A stretch of 64,000 nucleotides of DNA from an uncultured Spirochaetia bacterium (GTDB lineage Bacteria > Desulfobacterota_D > UBA1144 > Nemesobacterales > UBA2774). Shown in pieces: positions 44,283 through 53,448 of the stretch. The DNA lies in NCBI GenBank assembly GCA_964586675.1, contig CAZPHQ010000004.1, forward strand, positions 3,031 through 67,030. Reading direction: 5' to 3'. The notes beneath the pieces were generated by a model, which searched no databases, had not been told where the DNA came from, and was given only the letters and a program-made list of their open reading frames with translations. Each line of letters opens with the position of its first letter. Positions within the stretch are counted from its first letter, which is position 1. Position numbers and translations under genes: made by a program.

Positions 44283-45653
44283 ATGAAGGAAAATAATAAC
44301 ACGGCCCGGCACCGGAACCTCCCGCTTGTCGCCATAATCGGGAGGCCGAACGTCGGAAAATCGACCCTCTTCAACAGGCTCATAGGCGAGAGGAAGTCCA
44401 TCGTCGAAGACATACCCGGGGTCACGAGGGACAGGATATACGCCGATACGGAATGGGACGGAAAGGAGTTCAGCATCGTCGACACGGGCGGCTTCGACCC
44501 CGAGGACGAAGAGCTCTATCCCTCTCTCGTAAAGAACCAGATATCTATCGCCCTCGACGAAGCAGAGGTCATAATATTCGTCCTCGACGGGAAGGAAGGC
44601 GTCATGCCGCACGACTCCGACGTCGTAGAGCTCCTTCGAAGGGCCGGAAAGCCGGTAATATTCGCCGTCAACAAGATCGATCACTCCAAGCACGAGCAGG
44701 CCGCGATCGAATTCCACTCACTCGGCATAGAAGACTATATAGAAATCTCGGCGCTCCAGGGCCGGAGAATAAACGACCTCCTCGACATGATCGTCGAGCT
44801 CCTTCCCGGGAGCGAGGAAACCGGCGACGACGATGAAGACGACGGCACGATAAAGATAGCAGTCCTCGGAAAACCCAACGTCGGAAAATCGACGCTGGTC
44901 AACAAGCTCATAGGCGAGGAAAGGTCGATAACGAGCCCTATCCCCGGGACGACGAGGGACACGATAGACACCCGCATCGAGCGGGGCGGCCAGCCATATC
45001 TCATCGTCGACACGGCGGGCATAAGGCGGAAGTCGAAGATAAGCTTCTCCGTCGAGCGGCACAGCGTCTTCCGCGCGATAAGGGCCATGGAAAAGGCAGA
45101 CATCACGCTTTTGATGATAGACGCCGAGGAAGGCCCGACGCACCAGGACGCGCGTCTCGCGGAGCTCATATCAGACAAGGGACGGGCGTGCATCGTTCTC
45201 CTCAACAAGTGGGACCTCGTCCCTAAGGAAGTCGCCGAGACACCGGACATCGAGGGCATACTGAAAGAGCGCCTTCTCGCGGTGTCGTACGCGCCCGTCA
45301 TGATAATTTCGGCGCTGACAGGCAGGGGAGTAGAGAAGATATTCCAGAGGGTAAACGAGGCCTACGCGAATTTTTCGAGCCGCATTCCGACCAAGAGCCT
45401 TAACTCGTTTTTAAAGAGAGTGACCGGCACGAACCCCCCGCCGATCTACAAGGGGAAGGAGATAAAGTTTTACTACATCTCCCAGCCGCTGACTCAGCAG
45501 CCGACATTCGTCATATTCACCAACGACATAAAGGGAGTCCCCGAGAACTACAAGCGCTTTTTGGAAACGCGCCTCAGGGAAGAATTCCCCCTCGAAGGCA
45601 CGCCTGTCAAAATAATGTTCAGATCGGCCCGTAAGAAAGACAGGCCCGATTAG
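44283..45653 (+). CDS. der: Ribosome-associated GTPase Der (EngA), double GTPase domain
   Basis: Two G-domains with G1 motifs GRPNVGKST and GKPNVGKST, DTAG/DTGG G3 motifs and NKxD, and a C-terminal KH-like domain. Confidence 0.95.
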   Translation: MKENNNTARHRNLPLVAIIGRPNVGKSTLFNRLIGERKSIVEDIPGVTRDRIYADTEWDGKEFSIVDTGGFDPEDEELYPSLVKNQISIALDEAEVIIFVLDGKEGVMPHDSDVVELLRRAGKPVIFAVNKIDHSKHEQAAIEFHSLGIEDYIEISALQGRRINDLLDMIVELLPGSEETGDDDEDDGTIKIAVLGKPNVGKSTLVNKLIGEERSITSPIPGTTRDTIDTRIERGGQPYLIVDTAGIRRKSKISFSVERHSVFRAIRAMEKADITLLMIDAEEGPTHQDARLAELISDKGRACIVLLNKWDLVPKEVAETPDIEGILKERLLAVSYAPVMIISALTGRGVEKIFQRVNEAYANFSSRIPTKSLNSFLKRVTGTNPPPIYKGKEIKFYYISQPLTQQPTFVIFTNDIKGVPENYKRFLETRLREEFPLEGTPVKIMFRSARKKDRPD

Positions 45654-45661
45654 AATCGGCC

Positions 45662-46900
45662 TCACCCCTTTTCGGGAGTCTCTCCGAGGGCGAGGAATAT
45701 ATTCTTCTCCACCTCGCGCGCCACTGCCTCGGCGGAGAATTTCGCGATCACGCGCTCCCGCCCGGCGTCGCCCATGGATTTTCTCAGCGCCGGATCCAGC
45801 GCGAGCCTCGCTATCGCCCTCCCCATGTCTCCGGTATCCCCCGGCGCGCTAAGAATTCCCGTAACGCCGTCGTCGACAGCCTCGACGATGCCTCCGGCTG
45901 CCTTGAACGCAACGACCGGCAGCGCGAACGACATCGCCTCTATCACAGAGCGCGGGAACGGGTCCGGGTAGTTCGACGGTATGACGAATACGTCGAAATC
46001 CTTGAGGCACGGCCTCACATCATCCCTGTAGCCTGTGAAAATGAAATTCTTTTCGAGCCCCTTTTCCACGACGAGCTTTTTCAGATAAGAGAGGTGGTCG
46101 CCCTCGAAGAAATAGGGAGTGTCGCCGACTACCGCGAATTTGAGCCCCCCTGCCCTCTCGCCGTATTCCTTTATTGCGACGGCGGCGGCCTCGATGAAAA
46201 GGTCGTACCCCTTTCTCGGGACTATCCTTCCCGTGCCGCCGACTACGACGGCGTCCGCCGGGATGTTATACGCCTCTCTCAGACCGCCTTCCGTTTTAGC
46301 GGGATCGTAATCGTCGACGTCTAGGCCGTTGTAAACGACCGTTAATTTTTCCTTACCGTGCGTGAACTGCGCCGCCGCCGCGCCGGAGACGCAGATTATG
46401 CGCTTCACAGACGGGAGCGCCGCGAGCGAGTTGATTATTGTGCCGAGGAGGCGCGTCTGCTGTATGTTCCTGACGTGCCACACGACGGGCCTCAGGTTTA
46501 TGAGCCCCATCAGCGCGCCGACGACCTTCGCCTGCGTGCCGTTACAGTATATGACGTCTATCTTGTGCCGCCTGAGCCACACAGGCGACGTGATCACGAG
46601 CGAGGCGAGGTCTATTATATTGAGAGCGAGCGACGCGAATCGCCCCGCCGCGCCCTGACCTTTTCCCCCGCCGGAGAACCACGGGCGCTTAAGATTCTCG
46701 GGAAATCTCCTGTCGATTATTATATTCTCGTAGAGCCCTTCGGCCTTTAGCCTCTCCGAGAACACATCGTCTTTCGGTATCAGGACGAACGGCGTTATCT
46801 TCGCCCTGTCTAAGAACCTGAGTATGTAGTAGAGGCTCTTTCCGGGGCCGCCGTCCCTGATCGAATGGTTGATGAAAAGAACCCTGGGGGATGAGCTCAT
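45662..46900 (-). CDS. Glycosyltransferase family 4 (GT-B, group 1)
   Basis: C-terminal EX7E region (GGIVEAVDDGVTGIL) and the overall GT4 layout. The ATG at 46900 has a GGAAGG RBS; the track start at 46915 is a TTG. Confidence 0.8.
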   Translation of the reverse strand: MSSSPRVLFINHSIRDGGPGKSLYYILRFLDRAKITPFVLIPKDDVFSERLKAEGLYENIIIDRRFPENLKRPWFSGGGKGQGAAGRFASLALNIIDLASLVITSPVWLRRHKIDVIYCNGTQAKVVGALMGLINLRPVVWHVRNIQQTRLLGTIINSLAALPSVKRIICVSGAAAAQFTHGKEKLTVVYNGLDVDDYDPAKTEGGLREAYNIPADAVVVGGTGRIVPRKGYDLFIEAAAVAIKEYGERAGGLKFAVVGDTPYFFEGDHLSYLKKLVVEKGLEKNFIFTGYRDDVRPCLKDFDVFVIPSNYPDPFPRSVIEAMSFALPVVAFKAAGGIVEAVDDGVTGILSAPGDTGDMGRAIARLALDPALRKSMGDAGRERVIAKFSAEAVAREVEKNIFLALGETPEKG

Positions 46901-47045
46901 GAACGCACCTTCCAAGAAGCTATGCTATCGTACCATGATATGCGCGGAGCCGCTATTTTCCCGGCTTATGAAATTCCCGGACGTAAAGGTATAATATAAA
47001 ATTAAGGAATTTGAGGAATTACCGGAAGGATATAAAGGAGGATTA

Positions 47046-47720
47046 ATGTTTAAAGGCTGCGGAAGAATACTACCGAAAGGGATTCTTACAATCCTCGCGA
47101 TTGCGCTCTTCACAGTCGGAGGCTGCGACATAGACTTCGGCACCGGCGGAGACGATAACGGCGGAGGCGGAGGCGGAGGCGGGAACCAAATTGAAACGAT
47201 ACAGGGCTCCGTTACAGACGTAATACCCGAAGAGCCGCTCGAAGGCATACTCGTCGACGTTTCCGTCGACGGCCTCAACCTTGAAAACGGCGTCACCGAC
47301 GATACGGGCTTCTTCTCGATCGAAGGCCCCATAGCGGGAACCGCGCTCCTCGAATTCACGGGCGAATCCGGCATGCTCCTCGGCTCATATTCCGTCGAAA
47401 TATTCCCCAGCGCGACAGTCGAGCTCGGAGACATACTACTCGAAAACGGCGTAGTCCAATTACAGAACACTAACCCCGAGGTCACGTTCAACGCCGAGGT
47501 GATCCAGAATAACTGCACAGGGAACTCGGGCTCCATGCAGGTAGAGGCCAGAAACGACCAGGACAATCTTACTGTAGTCGTCCAGGTATCCCCCTCGACC
47601 GATCTCATAATAGACGGCGACGACGTGAACTGCGAAGACATGACTGTGGGAAGAAACGTCGAGGTGCAGGGCGAGCTCGTATCCAGCAGCACAATCGACG
47701 CGTCGCGCATAGAGATCTAA
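47046..47720 (+). CDS. Lipoprotein with poly-Gly linker and carboxypeptidase-regulatory-like beta domains
   Basis: Signal peptide plus lipobox (LFTVGGC); G8 run; repeated GSVTD...TDDTGFF motifs resembling CarboxypepD_reg-like folds. Confidence 0.4.
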   Translation: MFKGCGRILPKGILTILAIALFTVGGCDIDFGTGGDDNGGGGGGGGNQIETIQGSVTDVIPEEPLEGILVDVSVDGLNLENGVTDDTGFFSIEGPIAGTALLEFTGESGMLLGSYSVEIFPSATVELGDILLENGVVQLQNTNPEVTFNAEVIQNNCTGNSGSMQVEARNDQDNLTVVVQVSPSTDLIIDGDDVNCEDMTVGRNVEVQGELVSSSTIDASRIEI

Positions 47721-47786
47721 TAGCCGCGGCTTTCAGGATATATACCGGGGCGGACAAGATACGGCCCCGGGGGATGAGAAAACCCT

Positions 47787-48383
47787 CTATTTTTCGTCGA
47801 GGGATTTAACCTTTTTTTCGAGCTCCTTGATTTTTTCCATCAGAAGCTCGACGTCGTTCGACTTCTCGGGATTAGCGGCAGGGCCGGCCTTGCGCTCGGC
47901 GGCGTCGCGGCCGTCTGAATCCATGAAAGGCATCCCCGGCTTGAAATCGCCCGGCGTGAAATTTTCCATGTCTGGCGGAAGGGAAACCCCGGGAGGAAAC
48001 CAGCCCATCTCCTGCCAGAGCTTCATGTTCTTCTTGAAATTCTCCTGCACGGAAAAGTAAGGCTGGAACATCATCAGAAAATAGTTCTCGAAAAAATCCT
48101 TGGCGACCTTGTTGCCATACTTTATAAGCATGTGAAGAAAAGAGACGGGAAGTATATCTTCCTTGTTTTTTTCGCTCTCGAGGACGACCTGTATGAGGAT
48201 CACCTTTGATATGTCGGCCCCGGTCTGGGAATCTATGACTTTAACCTCGTTCCCCTCCCGTATGAGCGCAGCTATGTCGTCGAGCGTAACGTAACGCTTG
48301 TTGGTCGAGTCGTAGAGCCTCCGGTTACTGTATTTTTTTATAGTAACCTGGCCGGTCGCTTCGGTATCCTGTTTACCGGGCAT
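47787..48383 (-). CDS. phaR: Polyhydroxyalkanoate synthesis repressor PhaR-family DNA-binding protein
   Basis: IKKYSNRRLYDSTNKRYVTLDDIAALI is the PHB/PHA accumulation regulator DNA-binding signature. ATG at 48383; the longer track ORF starts at a TTG. Confidence 0.7.
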   Translation of the reverse strand: MPGKQDTEATGQVTIKKYSNRRLYDSTNKRYVTLDDIAALIREGNEVKVIDSQTGADISKVILIQVVLESEKNKEDILPVSFLHMLIKYGNKVAKDFFENYFLMMFQPYFSVQENFKKNMKLWQEMGWFPPGVSLPPDMENFTPGDFKPGMPFMDSDGRDAAERKAGPAANPEKSNDVELLMEKIKELEKKVKSLDEK

Positions 48384-48517
48384 AAGTATTATAATTATTC
48401 GAAGAAACGGCAATCAGTCAAGAAAGATGAAAATTAGACACTTGACAATTTCCCTGAAAAAAAGGAATATTTTATACAATATACAAATACCAGGCAGGTG
48501 TGACAGGAGCATTTGGC

Positions 48518-49474
48518 ATGACCAGTAAGCCTTATCGGATATGGTTTGACGGTGAGTTCGTCGCGTGGGAGGACGCGCAGGTACACCTGCTTACGCACAC
48601 GCTCCACTACGGCCTTGCGGCCTTCGAGGGGATTCGCGCGTATAGGTGCAGCGACGAGCGTTCGGCCGTGTTCAGGCTTCCGGAGCATGTCGACAGGCTC
48701 TACGCATCGGCTCACATAGCGCGTATCGAGATACCTTTCACAAAAGAAGAAACCCACAATGCCATAATCGAGCTGCTGAACGTCAACTACCTCGAAGAGG
48801 CCTACATACGCCCTATAGCCTATATTGGCGGCGGGAAGGTCGGCCTTCACCCGGGCGATAACCCGATACACCTCGCGATAGCCGCATACCCCTGGGGGAC
48901 ATACCTCGGCGAAGGCGCGCTCTCCAAGGGCATAAGCGCAAAGGTCTCGTCCTACACGCGTATGGGCGTCAACTCCTTCATGACGAAGGCCAAGATAAGC
49001 GGCAATTATGTCAACTCCGTCCTCGCCAAGGTAGAAGCCACGACTTACGGCTCCGACGAAGCCATCCTCCTCGACAGCGAGGGGTATGTCGCCGAAGGCT
49101 CGGGCGAGAACATCTTCATAGTCAGGAACGGCAAGCTCAAAACCCCTCCCCTCACCTCTATTCTCGAGGGCATAACCAGGGATTCAGTCATCAAGATAGC
49201 CCAGGACGAAGGCATAGAGGTCGACACGGAGCGTTTCACGCGTGACGAGCTTTATATTGCGGACGAGGCCTTTTTCACAGGTACGGCCGCCGAGATCACC
49301 CCTATCAGGGAAGTCGACAAGCGCACCATAGGAAAAGGAAAGCCCGGCCCTATAACGAAGAGGCTCCAGTCGAGGTTCTTCGACATCGTCGAAGGAAAGG
49401 ACCCGAAATTTCTCGGCTGGCTCGAATTCTTTTCGGCCTCAGCCCCGCTCAAGGTAAAGAGCGAGTCCAAGTAG
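48518..49474 (+). CDS. ilvE: Branched-chain amino acid aminotransferase
   Basis: Fold-type IV PLP enzyme: IWFDGEFVAWEDAQVHLLTHTLHYGLAAFEGIRAY, and E.G.NIF, T....GITR motifs. AGGAG RBS before the ATG at 48518. Confidence 0.9.
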   Translation: MTSKPYRIWFDGEFVAWEDAQVHLLTHTLHYGLAAFEGIRAYRCSDERSAVFRLPEHVDRLYASAHIARIEIPFTKEETHNAIIELLNVNYLEEAYIRPIAYIGGGKVGLHPGDNPIHLAIAAYPWGTYLGEGALSKGISAKVSSYTRMGVNSFMTKAKISGNYVNSVLAKVEATTYGSDEAILLDSEGYVAEGSGENIFIVRNGKLKTPPLTSILEGITRDSVIKIAQDEGIEVDTERFTRDELYIADEAFFTGTAAEITPIREVDKRTIGKGKPGPITKRLQSRFFDIVEGKDPKFLGWLEFFSASAPLKVKSESK

Positions 49475-49540
49475 AATCACCTTCTAACAGCTACAGTAAA
49501 AGGAAAAGTTCCTTAACGGGGAAGTTGCGTTTCCCGGGAT

Positions 49541-51178
49541 TCACTTCACGTCGATTTTAAATGGCATGACGGCGAAGAAGCCTTCGCGCGCCAGGGACTG
49601 TGCGAGGTCGAGCAGCGCCGACGCCTGACCCGAGAACCCGCCTGCTCCAAGGAGCGCAGCCGGCCTGAAACCCCTGTCGACGGAATAATATTTAACCTGT
49701 GGGAGCTTCGTATCCGGCAGTCCGGCCTGCCTCGCGGCCAGAGAAACGGCGTCGTGGAGCCCGCCGAGCTCGTCCACGAGCGCGAGCTCCTTCGCCTGCG
49801 CGCCTGTCCAAACCCTGCCCCCGGCCGCCGATTCGGCCTTCGCCCTGTCCATTTTCCTTCCCTCGGAAACAGAATCCACGAACGTGTCGTAGTAAACCCG
49901 CAGCATCTCGTCGAGCCTCTTCTCTTCGTCCCCGGAAAACCCCCTGCTCGAAGAGTACATGAGGGAATTTTTCGAGGTCGGCATAAGCTCGGTGCTGACC
50001 CCGAGCTTTTCCCTGAGCCCGCTGAGGTCGAACTTCCCGTAGACGATACCTATCGAGCCCGTGAGCGTCATGGGGTCGGCGACTATAGAGCCCGCCCCCA
50101 AGGATATTAGATACCCGCCCGACGCCGCGACGTCCGACATCGACACCACCACCGGGATCCTTTCAGATATGCGCTTCAGCTTTTCCCTGATTACGTCCGA
50201 CGCGATACCCGAGCCGCCCGGCGAGGATATCCTCAAGACGAGAGCCTTCACGCTTTTGTCCTTCGATATGTGCGAGAGGAGCCTCACGAGAGGGCCCGGC
50301 TGTATGGTTTTCATCCCGGAGCCCCTCCCCGAGCCGCTCGTTATGGCCCCGGTGCATGCGACGACGGCTACAACGGGCGGAGAGCCTGTAAAAACCCTTC
50401 CGAAAGCTAAAAGTTTTTCTTTAAGTCTTAAATATCTATTGAATCTGCTGGCTGTTATAGCATGTACTTTATGTCCTGTCACATCTCCCGCTCTGTCCTT
50501 AATATCGTCCCCGTATGCTATTCCGTCAACGAAATTCTCGGCGGCAGCCTCCCCCGCGGTGTAGGGAGCGCGGTCTATTTTATTCCTGACATCGGCAAGC
50601 CCGATCCCCCGGCCCTCGGAAATCGCGCGCTCGAGCTCCGACGACAGGCTGCCGAGGAGCGACTCCATCATCTCCCTGTGGGCGGGAGACATGGAATCCC
50701 TCGTAAAGGTGTCCTTGGCGCTCTTGTAGTCGCCGAGGCCCTTGATCTGGGCGTCTATGCCGAGCTTTGAAAGCGTGTCCTTGAAGAAAGAGACTTCGGC
50801 GGCCAGGCCGATCACGTTAAGCGTCGCCCAGGGAGAAACGTATATACGGTCCGCGGCCGACGCGATCAGGTATTCGACGTTTCCGCAGTCCTCGAGATAT
50901 ACGATTATCTTCTTGCCCGCGGCCTTGAGCTCCGAGAGCCGCTTTCGTAAGGAATTCGCCCTGCCGACGCCGATACTGAGCGTTTTGATCCGGACTATGA
51001 CGCCGAGTATGTTTTCCGTGCGCTCGGCCCCCGTGATTATGCGCTCGACGTCTCCCGAGGAAAGCGGTCCTTCGCCCCCTATGAAGCCGAGCATCTTTTT
51101 ACCGGGCTCTTCCGGGATGTCTCCCGAAAGCTCGATGTCTAAAAAGTTAAAGCGCCTTAGCGGGCTGAGCGGATTCAT
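49541..51178 (-). CDS. sppA: Signal peptide peptidase SppA (S49 family, 67K type)
   Basis: Two tandem ClpP/crotonase-like S49 halves (MSDVAASGGYLIS around the catalytic Ser; the first half has GxSxG-type geometry). Confidence 0.85.
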   Translation of the reverse strand: MNPLSPLRRFNFLDIELSGDIPEEPGKKMLGFIGGEGPLSSGDVERIITGAERTENILGVIVRIKTLSIGVGRANSLRKRLSELKAAGKKIIVYLEDCGNVEYLIASAADRIYVSPWATLNVIGLAAEVSFFKDTLSKLGIDAQIKGLGDYKSAKDTFTRDSMSPAHREMMESLLGSLSSELERAISEGRGIGLADVRNKIDRAPYTAGEAAAENFVDGIAYGDDIKDRAGDVTGHKVHAITASRFNRYLRLKEKLLAFGRVFTGSPPVVAVVACTGAITSGSGRGSGMKTIQPGPLVRLLSHISKDKSVKALVLRISSPGGSGIASDVIREKLKRISERIPVVVSMSDVAASGGYLISLGAGSIVADPMTLTGSIGIVYGKFDLSGLREKLGVSTELMPTSKNSLMYSSSRGFSGDEEKRLDEMLRVYYDTFVDSVSEGRKMDRAKAESAAGGRVWTGAQAKELALVDELGGLHDAVSLAARQAGLPDTKLPQVKYYSVDRGFRPAALLGAGGFSGQASALLDLAQSLAREGFFAVMPFKIDVK

Positions 51179-51232
51179 ACAAATACCGTCCGTTGTGAAG
51201 CATATGACTGTCTATATTATGCCGGACAAATC

Positions 51233-52705
51233 CTAGAGGCCGAGTATGTAGTCGATTATCGTTCTCACGCCGAACCCGGTGCCGCCCTTGGGATAGAACT
51301 CCCCTTCCCTCTCCGAGTACGCCGGCCCGGCCAGGTCTATGTGGGCCCACGGGGTGTCCGCGACGAAATGCTCGAGGAACATCGCGGCCGTTATCGCCCC
51401 GCCCCACCTGCTGCCGGCGTTCTTTATGTCGGCGACGTCGCTCTTTATATCGGCCCGGAGCTCGTCGTCGAGCGGCAGCTCCCATATCTTCTCGCCCGCT
51501 TCCCCGGCGGCCTTGAGAATCCTGCCGACGAGCTTGGGATCGTTCCCCATGACTCCGGCCGTATAGAGCCCGAGGCCCACGATACACGCCCCCGTCAGGG
51601 TCGCCATGTCGACGATTTCCGCGGCCTTTAATTCGACAGCGTAGGAGAGCGCGTCCGAGAGGATCACGCGCCCCTCGGCGTCGGTGTTTATAACCTCTAT
51701 GGTTTTCCCGTTGTATGCCCTGATGACGTCGTCTGGCTTATAGGCCTTGGGGCCGGTCATGTTCTCGCAGGAGGCTATGAGGCCGTGCACCCTGACGCGC
51801 GGTTTAAGCGCCGGAAGTGCTTTCATCACTCCGAGCACCGCGGCGGCGCCCGCCATGTCCATCTTCATTGTGCGCATGCTGTCGGCCGGCTTTATGCAGA
51901 GGCCGCCCGAATCGAACGTTATGCCCTTTCCGACTATGGCGACTGTTTTTGCCGCCCTCTTTTCGGGCTCGTATGTCAGGTGTATGAACCTCGGCTCCTG
52001 GTCGCTCCCGGCCGTAACGGCCTGTATGCCGCGCATGCCGCGCCTGTCTATCTCGTCCGGGCCGAATATCTCGCACCTGAGGCCGCCCTCTTCGGCGATG
52101 CCATTGGCAGTCTCCGCGAGCTTGGTGGGCGTCATGTATACAGGCGGCTCGTTGACCAGGTCGCGGACGAGATTGGTGGAATCGCCCACAACCTTTGCAA
52201 GCCCGGTTTCGGCGGCGAGACGCTTTTCGTTGAGGCCTTCCAAAGACAGGATTATCTCCGACAGCCTGCTCCCGCCGTTATCGCTGGATTTGTATTTGTT
52301 GAATTCGTACGAGCCGAGGTAGATGCCTTCAGCGAGCGCCCGGACGTATCCCGGCTTCTTCGAAAACTCGGAGCCGAAGGCAACGGAACCGGAGGATCTC
52401 CGGAGTTTCTTCGCAGATACGATACCGGCCTTTCTTAAGGCCACGGAGCCCAGGCCGCGCTTATCGCCGAGCCCGACGACGAGTACGCGCTTTACACCTA
52501 TGCGTCCGAACGTCGAGCCCAGGAGTATGGCCTTTCCTGCCTCCCCGTCGAATTTTTCCGATTCGACTAGGGCCTTGAGCTCGCCTCCGAGAGCCTTGTC
52601 GACGTCTTTCAGATCGCCCGATATTCCCTCGCCCTTAAACGCCGCCAAAACAAGCGCATCCGCTTTTACTTTCCTTTCGTCTTCCCTGCCAATTATAAAT
52701 TTCAA
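51233..52705 (-). CDS. pepA: Leucyl aminopeptidase (M17 family)
   Basis: NTDAEGRVILSDAL signature, plus the catalytic VGKGITFDSGG and K..D...DM.GAA regions. Confidence 0.9.
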   Translation of the reverse strand: MKFIIGREDERKVKADALVLAAFKGEGISGDLKDVDKALGGELKALVESEKFDGEAGKAILLGSTFGRIGVKRVLVVGLGDKRGLGSVALRKAGIVSAKKLRRSSGSVAFGSEFSKKPGYVRALAEGIYLGSYEFNKYKSSDNGGSRLSEIILSLEGLNEKRLAAETGLAKVVGDSTNLVRDLVNEPPVYMTPTKLAETANGIAEEGGLRCEIFGPDEIDRRGMRGIQAVTAGSDQEPRFIHLTYEPEKRAAKTVAIVGKGITFDSGGLCIKPADSMRTMKMDMAGAAAVLGVMKALPALKPRVRVHGLIASCENMTGPKAYKPDDVIRAYNGKTIEVINTDAEGRVILSDALSYAVELKAAEIVDMATLTGACIVGLGLYTAGVMGNDPKLVGRILKAAGEAGEKIWELPLDDELRADIKSDVADIKNAGSRWGGAITAAMFLEHFVADTPWAHIDLAGPAYSEREGEFYPKGGTGFGVRTIIDYILGL

Positions 52706-52916
52706 TTGTTATATGCTCCTCTGGTCTTTATATTATTTAATCGTAGAACGGATTATCTAATCTTAGCATACAGGCGCGCAATTGTAAGCACGCGGGGCGA
52801 ACGGGGATTTGCCGAGCGGCCCTTTTTCCGGCGATGATGAGCTAAACCTGGATATGTCTATATACTATACAATTTATTTAATATAGTGGAATGAAAGTTT
52901 TACTGGCCCCGGCGGT

Positions 52917-52939
52917 CAGTATTAGGTAAATTAATACTG
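52917..52939. promoter_or_regulatory. Perfect 8-bp inverted repeat CAGTATTA-n7-TAATACTG, candidate ArsR-type operator ~40 bp upstream of arsR-like gene 1
   Basis: Read directly from the sequence: arms 52917-52924 and 52932-52939 are exact reverse complements. Located in an AT-rich promoter region before a GGAGG RBS. Confidence 0.35.
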
Positions 52940-52977
52940 AACATAAAATCTTTAAATTTAGTAAGGAGGTAATTATA

Positions 52978-53256
52978 ATGGGTTGCCCGTATAAAGCCAT
53001 AGCAGACGATACGAGAAGGAAGATCCTCGAGTTTTTAAGCGAGGGCGAAAGCGCAGCAGGAGATATCGCAAGCAAGTTCGATATATCCAAGCCCGCTATC
53101 TCGAACCATCTGAAGATTTTAAAGGAAGCCGATATTGTCAACGAGCGGAAGGTCAGACAAAACCGGCTTTATTCCTTAAACGGCGATATGATAAACAACA
53201 TGAAGTTCTTTCTCACATCGCTGACGGGGAAAGGCAGTCAGAATCTGAGGGCATAG
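52978..53256 (+). CDS. ArsR/SmtB-family winged-helix transcriptional regulator (paralogue 1)
   Basis: DDTRRKILEFL...GDIASKF.ISKPAISNHLKILKEADIV is the canonical ArsR HTH. No alpha-3 CxC metal site; Cys3 only. Confidence 0.8.
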   Translation: MGCPYKAIADDTRRKILEFLSEGESAAGDIASKFDISKPAISNHLKILKEADIVNERKVRQNRLYSLNGDMINNMKFFLTSLTGKGSQNLRA

Positions 53257-53330
53257 CGGCTTGGCGATCGACGCGTCGCACACGATGCATTCGGCGGGAC
53301 AGCTCTCAATCTAAAATTCAATCGACCCAG

Positions 53331-53363
53331 GGCCGTTTTCGGTCAGAGCACTCGGAAACGGCC
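53331..53363 (+). terminator. 11-bp stem hairpin (GGCCGTTTTCG ... CGGAAACGGCC, one G-U) ~75 bp after the arsR-1 stop and ~85 bp before the PKS start; possible terminator or attenuator
   Basis: Stem complementarity checked base by base; downstream TTCTATACTT is only moderately U-rich. Confidence 0.3.
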
Positions 53364-53448
53364 TTCTATACTTAAACCCCGAAGACGTGCGGCGCGCCGA
53401 CGAAGCAGCCGAACGGAACCGGCTCGATCAGGCCCGGAGACGCGTTAT

